Source: Pokkaliibacter sp. MBI-7 (GTDB lineage: Bacteria; Pseudomonadota; Gammaproteobacteria; Pseudomonadales; Balneatricaceae). From it: DNA of 64,000 nucleotides. A model generated the notes under the pieces. It was not told where the DNA came from. It made no database searches and saw nothing but the letters and a program-made list of their open reading frames with translations. Position numbers and translations under genes: made by a program. The first letter of the stretch is position 1; every line of letters starts with the position of its first letter. Below, piece after piece: positions 10,573 to 19,887 of the stretch. The DNA lies in the NCBI RefSeq assembly GCF_029846635.1, contig NZ_JARVTG010000002.1:103853-167852 (forward strand), given 5' to 3'.

Positions 10573-13500
10573 ATGAAGATTGCTGATTTTCTGTTTGACG
10601 ACCCCATAGCGCCTGCGCCGTTAACACCTGCCAGCTCGTCTCTGGAGTGGTCGGCGTCGTCGATCATCGACCGCTTCAGTGCCATGGTTAAGCGTCATCC
10701 TGAGCGTGTTGCTGTCGCCGATGGCAGTGCTCAGGTCAGTTATGCCGAGCTGGATCGTGAAGTCAGCCGTATTGCTGACTTTATTCTGCATCTGCCGCTG
10801 GCACCGGAAACCCCCGTCGGGGTGATGACCGGCCGCAGCTGGCGGTTCGTGGCCGCCGCACTGGGTATTCTGCGCGCCGGTTGTGCCTGGGTGCCGCTGG
10901 ATCCGGGCGTCCCCTTGCTGCGTCGTCAGCGTCAGATCGAGCAGGCTGATATACCGCTGGTGATTGCCGACAGTGCGCAGATAGCCGACCTGCATCAGCT
11001 GCAGTGGCGCTGTGCCAGCCTGCAGCACGTACTCTGCGTCGATAGCGAAGACATTGATGACCTCAGCGAGGTACACGGGTCGCTGATGTCGACCGAACTT
11101 TGGGATCATCTGGCCGGTGACAGGGCCGACGATGTCGAGGCCGGAGGCTGGAAGAGTGCCTTTACCGGTCGCCCCATCAGTGCAGAGGCGATGGCGGCGT
11201 TTGGTCGCAATGCACATGACAAAGTGGCGGCATTGCTGCAGCGGATGGGCATTGTCGCAGGTGAGGCGCGCATTCTGGAGATTGGCTGCGCCTCCGGTTT
11301 TACCATGCGCCATGTGGCGCCGCTGGCCGGTCAGTATGTGGCCAGTGACCTTTCACGGCGCAATGTCGAGCGGGTCGAAGCCGCCGCCAAACAGCTGGGG
11401 CTGACGCAGGTGACGGGTAAGCAGCTGGCGGCCCATGATGTCGACATCTTCGCTGCAGGCTCCTTCGATATCGTCATCCTTAACAGCGTGGTAGAGAACT
11501 TCCCGGGTTTTGGCTATCTGCGTCAGGTGCTCAGCAAGGTGCAGGGGCTGCTGGCGCAGGGCGGGGCGATCTATCTCGGCAACCTGTGGAATCTGCAGCG
11601 GCGTGAGCAGTATCTGGCTGATCTGGCCCGGTTTGCCCGTGAGCATGTGGGTTCCGGTATGCAGACCCGGCTGGATTTCATCGAGGATCTGTTTGTCCCC
11701 GCTGAGTTTGTGCAGGACTGGGCACAGGAGCGCGGCCTGTGCTGTGAAGTCAGCGCCATTGATGCTCCCGGTTTTGACCCTGCACCCTATACCTTTGATG
11801 CGCTGCTGCTGCCTAATCATGGCCGTCAGATCGTGGATGAAAAGGCTACGGTTCTGCATCGCTACCGTCATGACCGCCGCGCGCTGATCAGCACCGCGGC
11901 CCCCGAACAGGGCTGGCCAGCAGTGAATGGTGAGCATCTGGCCTATGTACTGTTTACCAGCGGCACCACCGGTCAGCCCAAGGGCGTCATGATCAATCAG
12001 GGCTCCGTGGTCAGTCTGGCCCACGCGGTCAACGCCATCCAGCTGAACTCCCCCTGGGATAATGCCGATGTGCAGCCTGCCCGGCAGGTGTCCTGCTGCG
12101 CACCGCTGGTGTTTGATGCCTCGGTGGTACAGATATTCTCCACGCTGCTTGGCGGCCATACCCTGCATCTGCCCGATGAAGAGAGCCGGCGTGAGCCTGA
12201 AGCCCTGCATCGCTTTATCGTTCAGCGTCAGCTGGACCTGATTGATGCCACGCCGAGCATGTTTGGCCTGCTGCTGGATTACTGGGAGGCCACTGATAGC
12301 GGCCTGAGCCGTCGCCAGCACTCCACAGGTCAGGGCATGGCACGCACCTTTATTCTCGGCGGTGAAGTGTTCGGCGCTGAACTGGCCCGACGTTTCTATG
12401 GGTTTGAACATCATGCCGATGATCGTCTGATCAATGCCTATGGCCCGACCGAATGCTGTGTCTCGGCCTGTCAGCACATCATGACCGCACGCAACTGGCA
12501 GGAGACCCTGCCACCTCCCATCGGCGCCGCCATTCCGGGTGTCAGCATCCGCCTTTGTGATGACAGTGGGCGGGCAGTCCCCGTGGGCGTAGTGGGCGAA
12601 ATCCAGATCGGTGGTGCCGGTGTCGGGCGTGGTTATCTGCATGATGATCAGCTCACGGCTGACCGCTTCCTGCGTGATGAGCTGGGCCAGCACTGGTATC
12701 GCACCGGTGATCTGGGCCGCTGGCTGGGTAACGGCTTGCTGCATTACGTTGGTCGTGAGGACGGACAGGTCAAGATACGCGGCAATCGCATTGAGCTGAG
12801 CGATATTGAAGCGGCGCTGCACAGCTACCCTTATGTGCGCCGGGCGGCGGTGGTGGCCAGAGCGCCGGAGTCATGTAACGGTCAGCAGGACAGCAGCGCC
12901 GACAGGACGCTGGTGGCCTATATCATTCCCCATGAAGGTTTTGATGCTGCTGCCTGCCGGGCGTACCTCGACGGCTGCCTGCCCACCTATATGCTGCCTT
13001 CATGGCTGCTGACGGTGCAGGAGCTGCCGCTGACAGGGAACGACAAACTGGATCTGAGCAAACTGCCTTCACCCTTTGACAGCGATATTCGTCAGGCGCA
13101 GGTGCAGCAGCCATTGACTACCGCGACCGAGAAGACGGTGGCGGTGCTGATGGGCAAAGTACTGGAGCAGGTGATTGAGGATGCGCAGGCCGACTTTTTC
13201 GCACTCGGTGGCCACAGTGTGCTGGCGGTGCGCTTTCTCGGCGCTCTCAAGCGTGAGTTTGATATCAAGCTGCCATTGGCTGATCTGTTTGTCTGTTCCA
13301 GTGTCGCGGCACTGGCGCAGCGTATCGAGCAGCGCCATCAGCAGGCCCATCGCCGTTCACCGCTGGTGGCAGTGAATGTGGAGGGCTCGCAGGTACCGCT
13401 GGTGTGCTTCCATCCGGTGGGCGGCAACGTGCTGTGCTATCAGGCACTGGCCGAAGAGCTGGGGCCTGATCAGCCGGTGTACATGGTGGAGGCGCAGGGG

Positions 13501-14187
13501 CTGGAAGAAGGAATGCCACCGTTGCCTACCGTGGAGGATATGGTGGCTGCCTATCTGCCCGCTATCCGTGAGGCGCTGCCGCAAGGCCCCATTCGTCTGG
13601 CGGGCTGGAGTTTTGGCGGCTTGCTGGCTGTGGAAGCGGCCTATCGGCTGCGGCGTATGGGCGTGGATGTGCGTGAGCTGATGCTGTTTGACGCTATCGC
13701 CGTGCCGGACGGGGTAAGAACCCTGCTGCGCAAGGATGAGGCGGACTATCTGGCCGATCTGTTTGAAGAGCTGGGGCTGGTCGATGCGGAAACCCTGCGG
13801 CCACTGACACCGGAGCAGCGTCTTGACCTGCTGGTTGAGCGTGGCAAGGGTTCCAATATGCTGCCGGACAATGCCGATCGTGAATCCATGCGACGGTTGC
13901 TGGCAGTGTTCCAGAACAATGCGCTGGCGGCGGTACGTTATAAAGCTCCGGCACTGGATGAGCTGGACATTTTGCTGGTCAAGCCGAAAGAGCTGACACG
14001 CATGTCGCCGCATCTGCCCGGTGATGACTACAACGGCTGGCGGCAGGTGACGCAGGGACAGGTGCATCTGTGCTGGATGGAAGGCACCCACGGGCAGATG
14101 CTGGTGCGGCCCTTTATCAGCCAGCTGGCCGGACACGTGCGTGACTACTGCCAGATTCAGTATCGCAAGCGTGCCGCGGTGGCGTGA
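10573..14187 (+). CDS. NRPS termination module: A domain interrupted between core a2 and a3 by a SAM-dependent methyltransferase domain, then T and TE
   Basis: A1/A2: VSYAELD...LRAGCAWVPLDPG. Inserted MT motif I: RILEIGCASGFTMRHV (nt ~11275), with DIVILNSVVENF. A3: LAYVLFTSGTTGQPKGV (11947). A5: NAYGPTEC (12433). A7/8: YRTGDLGRW...GREDGQVKIRGNRIE. A10: LPTYMLPS...GNDKLD. T: FFALGGHSVLAV (13204). TE: GWSFGG (13603). RBS AAAGGA precedes the ATG. Confidence 0.93.
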   Translation: MKIADFLFDDPIAPAPLTPASSSLEWSASSIIDRFSAMVKRHPERVAVADGSAQVSYAELDREVSRIADFILHLPLAPETPVGVMTGRSWRFVAAALGILRAGCAWVPLDPGVPLLRRQRQIEQADIPLVIADSAQIADLHQLQWRCASLQHVLCVDSEDIDDLSEVHGSLMSTELWDHLAGDRADDVEAGGWKSAFTGRPISAEAMAAFGRNAHDKVAALLQRMGIVAGEARILEIGCASGFTMRHVAPLAGQYVASDLSRRNVERVEAAAKQLGLTQVTGKQLAAHDVDIFAAGSFDIVILNSVVENFPGFGYLRQVLSKVQGLLAQGGAIYLGNLWNLQRREQYLADLARFAREHVGSGMQTRLDFIEDLFVPAEFVQDWAQERGLCCEVSAIDAPGFDPAPYTFDALLLPNHGRQIVDEKATVLHRYRHDRRALISTAAPEQGWPAVNGEHLAYVLFTSGTTGQPKGVMINQGSVVSLAHAVNAIQLNSPWDNADVQPARQVSCCAPLVFDASVVQIFSTLLGGHTLHLPDEESRREPEALHRFIVQRQLDLIDATPSMFGLLLDYWEATDSGLSRRQHSTGQGMARTFILGGEVFGAELARRFYGFEHHADDRLINAYGPTECCVSACQHIMTARNWQETLPPPIGAAIPGVSIRLCDDSGRAVPVGVVGEIQIGGAGVGRGYLHDDQLTADRFLRDELGQHWYRTGDLGRWLGNGLLHYVGREDGQVKIRGNRIELSDIEAALHSYPYVRRAAVVARAPESCNGQQDSSADRTLVAYIIPHEGFDAAACRAYLDGCLPTYMLPSWLLTVQELPLTGNDKLDLSKLPSPFDSDIRQAQVQQPLTTATEKTVAVLMGKVLEQVIEDAQADFFALGGHSVLAVRFLGALKREFDIKLPLADLFVCSSVAALAQRIEQRHQQAHRRSPLVAVNVEGSQVPLVCFHPVGGNVLCYQALAEELGPDQPVYMVEAQGLEEGMPPLPTVEDMVAAYLPAIREALPQGPIRLAGWSFGGLLAVEAAYRLRRMGVDVRELMLFDAIAVPDGVRTLLRKDEADYLADLFEELGLVDAETLRPLTPEQRLDLLVERGKGSNMLPDNADRESMRRLLAVFQNNALAAVRYKAPALDELDILLVKPKELTRMSPHLPGDDYNGWRQVTQGQVHLCWMEGTHGQMLVRPFISQLAGHVRDYCQIQYRKRAAVA

Positions 14188-14220
14188 GGTTCAGCTTGCT
14201 GAGCCTGTTCACCGGGGATG

Positions 14221-14247
14221 TTCCAGCAGCGTGATCCGCTGCTGGAA
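14221..14247 (+). terminator. Perfect 11-bp stem / 5-nt loop hairpin (TTCCAGCAGCG-tgatc-CGCTGCTGGAA) 34 nt after the NRPS stop. No U-tract. Either an intercistronic attenuator or a Rho-independent-like structure
   Basis: Inverted repeat read directly from the sequence. Confidence 0.4.
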
Positions 14248-14389
14248 CGTATTCGCGCTCTGCTGCACCCCGGTGATACGGTGTTGCAAAAGCCTCCGGA
14301 GGTTATGTTTTCTTATCGGTGGATTTTCTTCCCGCATTTTTATCCATTCGTCATAGGCATTACCGCACAGTGACAATACGGAGTTTATT

Positions 14390-15262
14390 TTGACAACGGA
14401 TTTGCCTGTTTCAGCTCCCACACCCTTTGCTGACACTGCCCAGACTTTCACCCTGTTGCCGGGCACTGTCTGGCTGTTGCGGGTGGATGTGGGCGAGGAT
14501 ACTCAGCTGGACGCCGTGACTGGCTGGCTGAAGGTATTGAGCGAAGCTGAATGTCAGCAGGTAGCGCGCCTGAAACGCCCTGCGGACCGGCGCGCCAAGG
14601 CCGCTGCTCATGCGCTGAAGCGACTGGCACTGGCTGCCATCCGGCAGTGCTCACCTGAGCAGCTGCATTTTTCAGCGTTACCCTCAGGTAAGCCCTGTCT
14701 GGTCGATGGACCGGCATTCAATCTCAGCCATACCCAGGGGCAGGTCGCACTGGCCATTGCCGCCGCAGGCATGGAGGTCGGTGTCGATATCGAGCACCGA
14801 TTGTACCCCCGTGTGGATCGTGAACTGGCCGTGACCGCCTTCGGTGAACAGGTGGCGGCTACGCTGCCTGATGAGCTGAGTGAACACTTTGCCGAAGCAT
14901 TCTTTCATCAGTGGACCTGTCGGGAAGCGGTGGCCAAGGCGGACGGGCAGGGGCTGGGTATCGGGCTTGAGCGCATCCAGCTGTATAGCGAAGGTCAGGC
15001 GCTTGGCGCTCAGGTCGATCGGCAGCAATGGCGGCTGTACTGTCAGGATGTAAGCCCCTGCCACCGTCTGGCGCTGGCCATCGCTGGCGTTGCAGAGTGC
15101 GACGTGAGCGTGGTGACCCTCAGTGCCCGGCAACTCAGCAACTGGTGTGATGATCTGCACTGGCTGTCCGGCGCCAATTTACATTCCTGCCAAAGCCGTT
15201 TAAAAACAGTCCATTCTTCCGCCCACTCATTCTTCTGCCAAGGACGTCTGCCAGCCTTATGA
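14390..15262 (+). CDS. 4'-phosphopantetheinyl transferase, Sfp/EntD type, with a TTG start
   Basis: GKPCL...FNLSHTQGQVALAIA...GVDIE...W(T)CKEA(V)AKA motifs. RBS ACGGAG sits 6 nt upstream of the TTG. The stop overlaps the next start (ATGA). Confidence 0.8.
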   Translation: MTTDLPVSAPTPFADTAQTFTLLPGTVWLLRVDVGEDTQLDAVTGWLKVLSEAECQQVARLKRPADRRAKAAAHALKRLALAAIRQCSPEQLHFSALPSGKPCLVDGPAFNLSHTQGQVALAIAAAGMEVGVDIEHRLYPRVDRELAVTAFGEQVAATLPDELSEHFAEAFFHQWTCREAVAKADGQGLGIGLERIQLYSEGQALGAQVDRQQWRLYCQDVSPCHRLALAIAGVAECDVSVVTLSARQLSNWCDDLHWLSGANLHSCQSRLKTVHSSAHSFFCQGRLPAL

Positions 15263-16914
15263 AAGTGCTTGAATTACTGGCTACCCAGCAAGGGACGCCA
15301 CGGATCCGTCTGCTAGGCAGTGCCTTTGTCGCCGGGGTCGGCAGTGTAGTGTTGCTGGCGCTGGTCAACATCGCTGCCGAGCATATCGCCCGCTCCGGCT
15401 ATGATCAGGTCGACTGGCCGCTGGCGATTGCGTTTGCCCTGACTGCCGCTGCGTTCTTTGGTGGTGAGTTTTATCTGGTGGCCCGACTCGGCGCGGATAT
15501 GGAGACAGTGATCGACCTGTTCCGGGTGCGCTTGCTTAACCGCATTCGCCGGGCCGATTACGCCCAGATGGAGCGGGTAGGGCAGGAGACACTGTTTGAA
15601 AGTATTACCCAGACGACCCAGACCCTGTCGCAGAATACCCAGTATCTGGCGCAGGCCCTGCGCTCGGCCATTCTGACGGTATCGGTGTTGATCTACATCC
15701 TGTGGCTGTCACCGCTGGCATTCTGCATGGTGCTGGCCGTCACACTGGTGGGGGGCTGGCTGTATGCCGGGCTGGGCCAGCGTTTGATGGAGCGCTATCA
15801 GCACATGATGGTAGAAGAGGCCAAGCTGTTCGAAGGCATCACCGGGTTGTTTGACGGCATCAAGGAAATTCGCCTGTCCAGCGCGCGCAGTGAGGATTTT
15901 GGCCGGGCGTTTACCGAAGTGACGGACCGCGCTACGGCGATCCGTACCGATGTACAGATTCATGGTTTTCAGCAGTTCATCTTTGGTCAGGTTGCTTTCT
16001 ATACCCTGCTGGCCGTGGTGGTGTTTGTGGTGCCCACCTATGCCGATGACTTTCGCCATGAAGTCGTCAAGGTCACCACGGCCGTGCTGTTCATGATTGG
16101 CCCGGTGGGTGTGCTGATTCAGACCATGGCCATTCTGGCGCAGTGCAATGCCGCGGCTGAACGTATGCTGGCGCTGGACCGTCAGCTGGGAGCGATGGCG
16201 GATGCGTCGGAAGTGGTGACGCCCCGGCCTCTGCCGCAGACATTCGACACCATTCATTTCAAAGGGCTGGAGTACACCTACCCCGCGCCGGAAGGTGAAC
16301 AGCCTTTCGCCGTTGGACCGATCCATCTGCAGTTGCGACGTGGTGAAATCGTGTTTGTCACCGGTGGTAATGGCTCCGGTAAGTCCACCTTCATGAAGCT
16401 GCTGACTGGCCTCTATACTCCGCACTTTGGCAAGATCAGTGTTGATGGTGAAGAGATCGGGCCTTCGACGCTGAAGGCATGGCGTGGCATGTTTGCCACG
16501 GTATTCACCGACTTTCATCTGTTCCAGCGGCTGCACGGTGTGCCTGAGCTGGACTCCGCCGAAGCCCGGCAGCTGCTGCAATGGCTGGAAATCGACAAGG
16601 TAACCACCATCGACGGCGATCACTTTGCCCATATCAATCTTTCCACCGGACAGCGCAAGCGGCTGGCGTTACTGGTGGCCCTGCTGGAGAAGCGGCCCAT
16701 TCTGGTGCTGGATGAATGGGCTGCCGATCAGGACCCGCATTTCCGTCGCTTCTTCTACTACGAGATTCTGCCTGAGTTGAAACGACGCGGGCTGACGGTG
16801 ATCGCCGTCACCCACGATGACCATTACTTTGATGCAGCCGACCGGCGCGTGCATCTGGAAGAGGGTCAACTGACTGAAATAAAGGCCACACGCCGTAGTG
16901 GGGAGGTGGTCTGA
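15259..16914 (+). CDS. ABC transporter, fused permease/ATPase, cyclic-peptide/siderophore exporter family (SyrD/PvdE/YojI-like)
   Basis: Six-TM N-terminal half. Walker A GGNGSGKST. Signature LSTGQRKRLALLVALLEKRPILVLDEWAADQD. H-loop VTHDD. Confidence 0.88.
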   Translation: MKVLELLATQQGTPRIRLLGSAFVAGVGSVVLLALVNIAAEHIARSGYDQVDWPLAIAFALTAAAFFGGEFYLVARLGADMETVIDLFRVRLLNRIRRADYAQMERVGQETLFESITQTTQTLSQNTQYLAQALRSAILTVSVLIYILWLSPLAFCMVLAVTLVGGWLYAGLGQRLMERYQHMMVEEAKLFEGITGLFDGIKEIRLSSARSEDFGRAFTEVTDRATAIRTDVQIHGFQQFIFGQVAFYTLLAVVVFVVPTYADDFRHEVVKVTTAVLFMIGPVGVLIQTMAILAQCNAAAERMLALDRQLGAMADASEVVTPRPLPQTFDTIHFKGLEYTYPAPEGEQPFAVGPIHLQLRRGEIVFVTGGNGSGKSTFMKLLTGLYTPHFGKISVDGEEIGPSTLKAWRGMFATVFTDFHLFQRLHGVPELDSAEARQLLQWLEIDKVTTIDGDHFAHINLSTGQRKRLALLVALLEKRPILVLDEWAADQDPHFRRFFYYEILPELKRRGLTVIAVTHDDHYFDAADRRVHLEEGQLTEIKATRRSGEVV

Positions 16915-18551
16915 TGCCGCTGTTACAGTTATTACGCCAGGAAGTGCGCGCCAATCCCCGTTATCTGCTGTTTCTGACCGTCGTTGCGGCGGTGTCCACC
17001 ACGCTACTGCTGGGCATTATCAACATGGCATCATCGCTGGTGGCCTCCGGTGGCAGCAGCCTGCGACTGGCCTTCATGTTTCTGGTCACGGTAGCCTTGT
17101 TTGCGCTGTCGCAGCAAGCGGTGACGGCCATTGTTGCCCGTGAAGTGGAGGCGATGATTGATCGTATGCGGCTGGCGATGGTCAAGGATATTCGCCGCTC
17201 CGATATTCAGACCATCGACAGTATTGGGCGTGCGCCGCTGTATGCCGCCCTGACTCAGGATGCTCAGACCATTTCCCGCAGTTTGCCGTTGCTGGTGATC
17301 GGCTCGCAGCAGATGGCGATGCTGGTGTTTGTCTGCCTGTATCTGGCCTGGTTGTCGATGACGGCCTTTGTCATGGCGGCAGGCTTTACGTTGTTTGCCA
17401 TCGGCCTGCATTTGCAGCGCATGACCGCACTGGGGCTGGCGACCCGCGAGGTGATGGCTCAGGAAGGTCAGCTGTTTGGTGGGCTCAGCGGTTTGCTGCG
17501 GGGGCTTAAAGAAGTGCGGCTGAATGAGTTGCGGGGCGAGCAGGTGGTCGGTGAGCTGGCAGCGGTGTCGGCCCATGCCCGCGCTGCCAAGACCGCCATC
17601 AAGGCGCGCTGGGCGGTAGAGTCGGCTTTGATCCAGCTGGTGTTCTATCTGCTGGTGGGGCTGATGGTGTTTGTGGTGCCGATCTTCACCAGCGAATTTC
17701 ACCAGAGTGTGGTGCAGGCGACCACGGCCGTACTGTTCCTGATTGGCCCTATCGGCATGATTGCTCAGGCCATTCCGGCAGTGGGCGATGCACAGCACTC
17801 ATTGCAGGAAATGCAGGGTTTACAGCAGCGCCTGCGGCAGGCACTGGCGGATGGGGTGGACGAATCCGCCGAGCCCCTGTCAGCACCGGTTCAGGACGTG
17901 GCACTGGAGGGGATTCGCTATCGTTACCCCAGTGAGCATGGCGACAGCGGTTTTGCAGCAGGCCCGCTCAATGCCCGTTTTCGCTGTGGGCAGATCACCT
18001 TTATCACGGGGGGGAATGGCTCGGGCAAATCCACTATGATGCGCCTGCTCACCGGCCTGATGCACCCGCAGCAGGGGGCGTTGCAGGTGAATGGCGAGGC
18101 ATTGCGACCGGAGCAGATGCAGGCCTGGCGCGATCAGATATCGGCAGTCTTCGCCGACTATTACCTGTTCCGCCGCTTGTATGGCGTGGCACCGGAAGCG
18201 CTGGCGCGGGCCGAGGCCTTGCTGCAGAAGCTGGAGATGGCCGACAAGGTGCATATTCGTGATGGTGCCTTCACCACCGTCGATCTGTCTGCCGGTCAGC
18301 GCAAGCGACTGGCACTGGTGGTCGCTGAGCTGGAAGATAAACCTGTGCTGATCCTTGATGAATGGGCCGCTGATCAGGATCCGCACTTCCGCAAGCTGTT
18401 CTATGAAGAGCTGCTGCCGTCCTTCAGGGCACGCGGCAAGATGGTGATCTGTGTCACTCACGATGATCGCTGGTTTGATCTGGCCGATCAGATTCTGGCC
18501 ATGAATGAAGGCCAGTTCGAGCCCGGGCGTGCAGGGAGCCATCACGGATGA
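16914..18551 (+). CDS. ABC transporter, fused permease/ATPase, paralog of the preceding gene and the likely heterodimer partner
   Basis: GGNGSGKST, LSAGQRKRLALVVAELEDKPVLILDEWAADQD, VTHDD. Its start codon overlaps the upstream stop (TGATG). Confidence 0.88.
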   Translation: MPLLQLLRQEVRANPRYLLFLTVVAAVSTTLLLGIINMASSLVASGGSSLRLAFMFLVTVALFALSQQAVTAIVAREVEAMIDRMRLAMVKDIRRSDIQTIDSIGRAPLYAALTQDAQTISRSLPLLVIGSQQMAMLVFVCLYLAWLSMTAFVMAAGFTLFAIGLHLQRMTALGLATREVMAQEGQLFGGLSGLLRGLKEVRLNELRGEQVVGELAAVSAHARAAKTAIKARWAVESALIQLVFYLLVGLMVFVVPIFTSEFHQSVVQATTAVLFLIGPIGMIAQAIPAVGDAQHSLQEMQGLQQRLRQALADGVDESAEPLSAPVQDVALEGIRYRYPSEHGDSGFAAGPLNARFRCGQITFITGGNGSGKSTMMRLLTGLMHPQQGALQVNGEALRPEQMQAWRDQISAVFADYYLFRRLYGVAPEALARAEALLQKLEMADKVHIRDGAFTTVDLSAGQRKRLALVVAELEDKPVLILDEWAADQDPHFRKLFYEELLPSFRARGKMVICVTHDDRWFDLADQILAMNEGQFEPGRAGSHHG

Positions 18552-19294
18552 TCAGCCATCATAGCGGCCCGTCGCCCTGGCTTACCTGCTTTCAGCCGGT
18601 TATCCGGCCACAACGGCGTTTGCTGTGTTTACCCTTTGCGGGCGGCGGTGCCGGCGTATTTCGCAGCTGGCAAAGCTATCTGCCAGCCGGGATGGAAATG
18701 CTCTGTGCCCAGTTGCCCGGGCGTGAACGACGTATCAGAGAGCAGCCCATTACCGACGTGAACGTTATCGTCGAGGCCCTGCTGGAGGCAATACTGGCAC
18801 TGGAGCCAGCACCGCTGACGGTATTTGGTCACAGTATGGGGGCTTCCATTGGCCATGATCTGGTGTTGCGACTGCAGGCTGCCAGCTACCCCCTTGAGCG
18901 CTTTGTCGTCTCTGCCCGGCGTCCGCCATTTCTGCCCCCGCTCAAGTCGCCCACTTACCTTTTGGCCGATGAGCCGTTTCGGCAGGAGCTGATCCGCATG
19001 GGCGGAACGGCTGCCGAGGTGCTGGCCCATGATGAAATGATGAAGCTGCTGCTGCCCATGCTGCGTGCCGACTTTGAACTGGCGGAAACCTTTAACCGTC
19101 CCGCCAGCGTGCGATTTCACTGTCCGCTGCTGGCGCTGGCGGGTCGTTATGATCAGGAAGCCTTGCCGGAGGATGTAGGACGCTGGCAGGAGCTGGCGGC
19201 AGGCGAGTTTCACCTGCAGGTCATCGATGCCGGGCACTTCTACGTCGCTGAGCGGGCGAAAGAGCTGGTGCAGCAGGTGCTATTGACACCCTGA
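18548..19294 (+). CDS. Type II thioesterase (editing TE of NRPS/PKS systems)
   Basis: LLCLPFAGGGAGVF...GHSMGASIGHDL (GxSxG)...DAGHF. ATGA overlap with the upstream ABC gene. Confidence 0.88.
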   Translation: MISHHSGPSPWLTCFQPVIRPQRRLLCLPFAGGGAGVFRSWQSYLPAGMEMLCAQLPGRERRIREQPITDVNVIVEALLEAILALEPAPLTVFGHSMGASIGHDLVLRLQAASYPLERFVVSARRPPFLPPLKSPTYLLADEPFRQELIRMGGTAAEVLAHDEMMKLLLPMLRADFELAETFNRPASVRFHCPLLALAGRYDQEALPEDVGRWQELAAGEFHLQVIDAGHFYVAERAKELVQQVLLTP

Positions 19295-19368
19295 CGTTCG
19301 CTTTGTAACGGTCAGGAACTTCCTCACGGCAAACTTCACCCAACCTTGGGACGCAGGGGTGAGGTGCC

Positions 19369-19887
19369 ATGAAACAGAGCAAAGACGACATTAATCGATG
19401 GCTGGCGCGGCTGGGTGAAGGCACCCGGCTCGATGACAGACTGAACTGTTATCTGCAGGGTCGGTCGGGTCAGCGGGTGATGCTGACCCTGTCTGCTGAC
19501 CACCGTTATCTGCTGTTTTACTGCCCTTTGCTGCCACTGCATGGCAGGCACAGGTCGCTGCTGATGGAGGAGGCGCTGGGGCTTAATCTCTACCAGAGCA
19601 TTGCCATCAAGGGGACGCTGGGTTTCGACGAGCAGAACCGGATGCTGGCCTACACCTTTGTATCTGATCTCGGTGACGACAGCGTACCGTCATCGGCCAG
19701 CGAGTTATGGGACAGACAGCTGACAGATGTGATGGACAATGCCGATATGCTGGCAGCCCGCTTTCAGCGGCTACTGGAGATGGCGGATGCGGCGCCGGAA
19801 CCTTCCTCCCACCGCAACCTGTCACCACAACAAGGCACACCACTTCTAGGGCCGCAATTCAGGGAGTCGCCAAATGGTCACAACTAA
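19369..19887 (+). CDS. Type III secretion class I chaperone (CesT/SycE-like)
   Basis: Small acidic protein. Pattern LDDRLNCYLQ...VMLTLSADHRYLLFYCPLLPL...LLMEEALGLNLYQ...LGFDEQNRMLAYTFV is typical of the CesT family. RBS GGTGAGG. 14-nt overlap with the downstream effector gene. Confidence 0.7.
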   Translation: MKQSKDDINRWLARLGEGTRLDDRLNCYLQGRSGQRVMLTLSADHRYLLFYCPLLPLHGRHRSLLMEEALGLNLYQSIAIKGTLGFDEQNRMLAYTFVSDLGDDSVPSSASELWDRQLTDVMDNADMLAARFQRLLEMADAAPEPSSHRNLSPQQGTPLLGPQFRESPNGHN

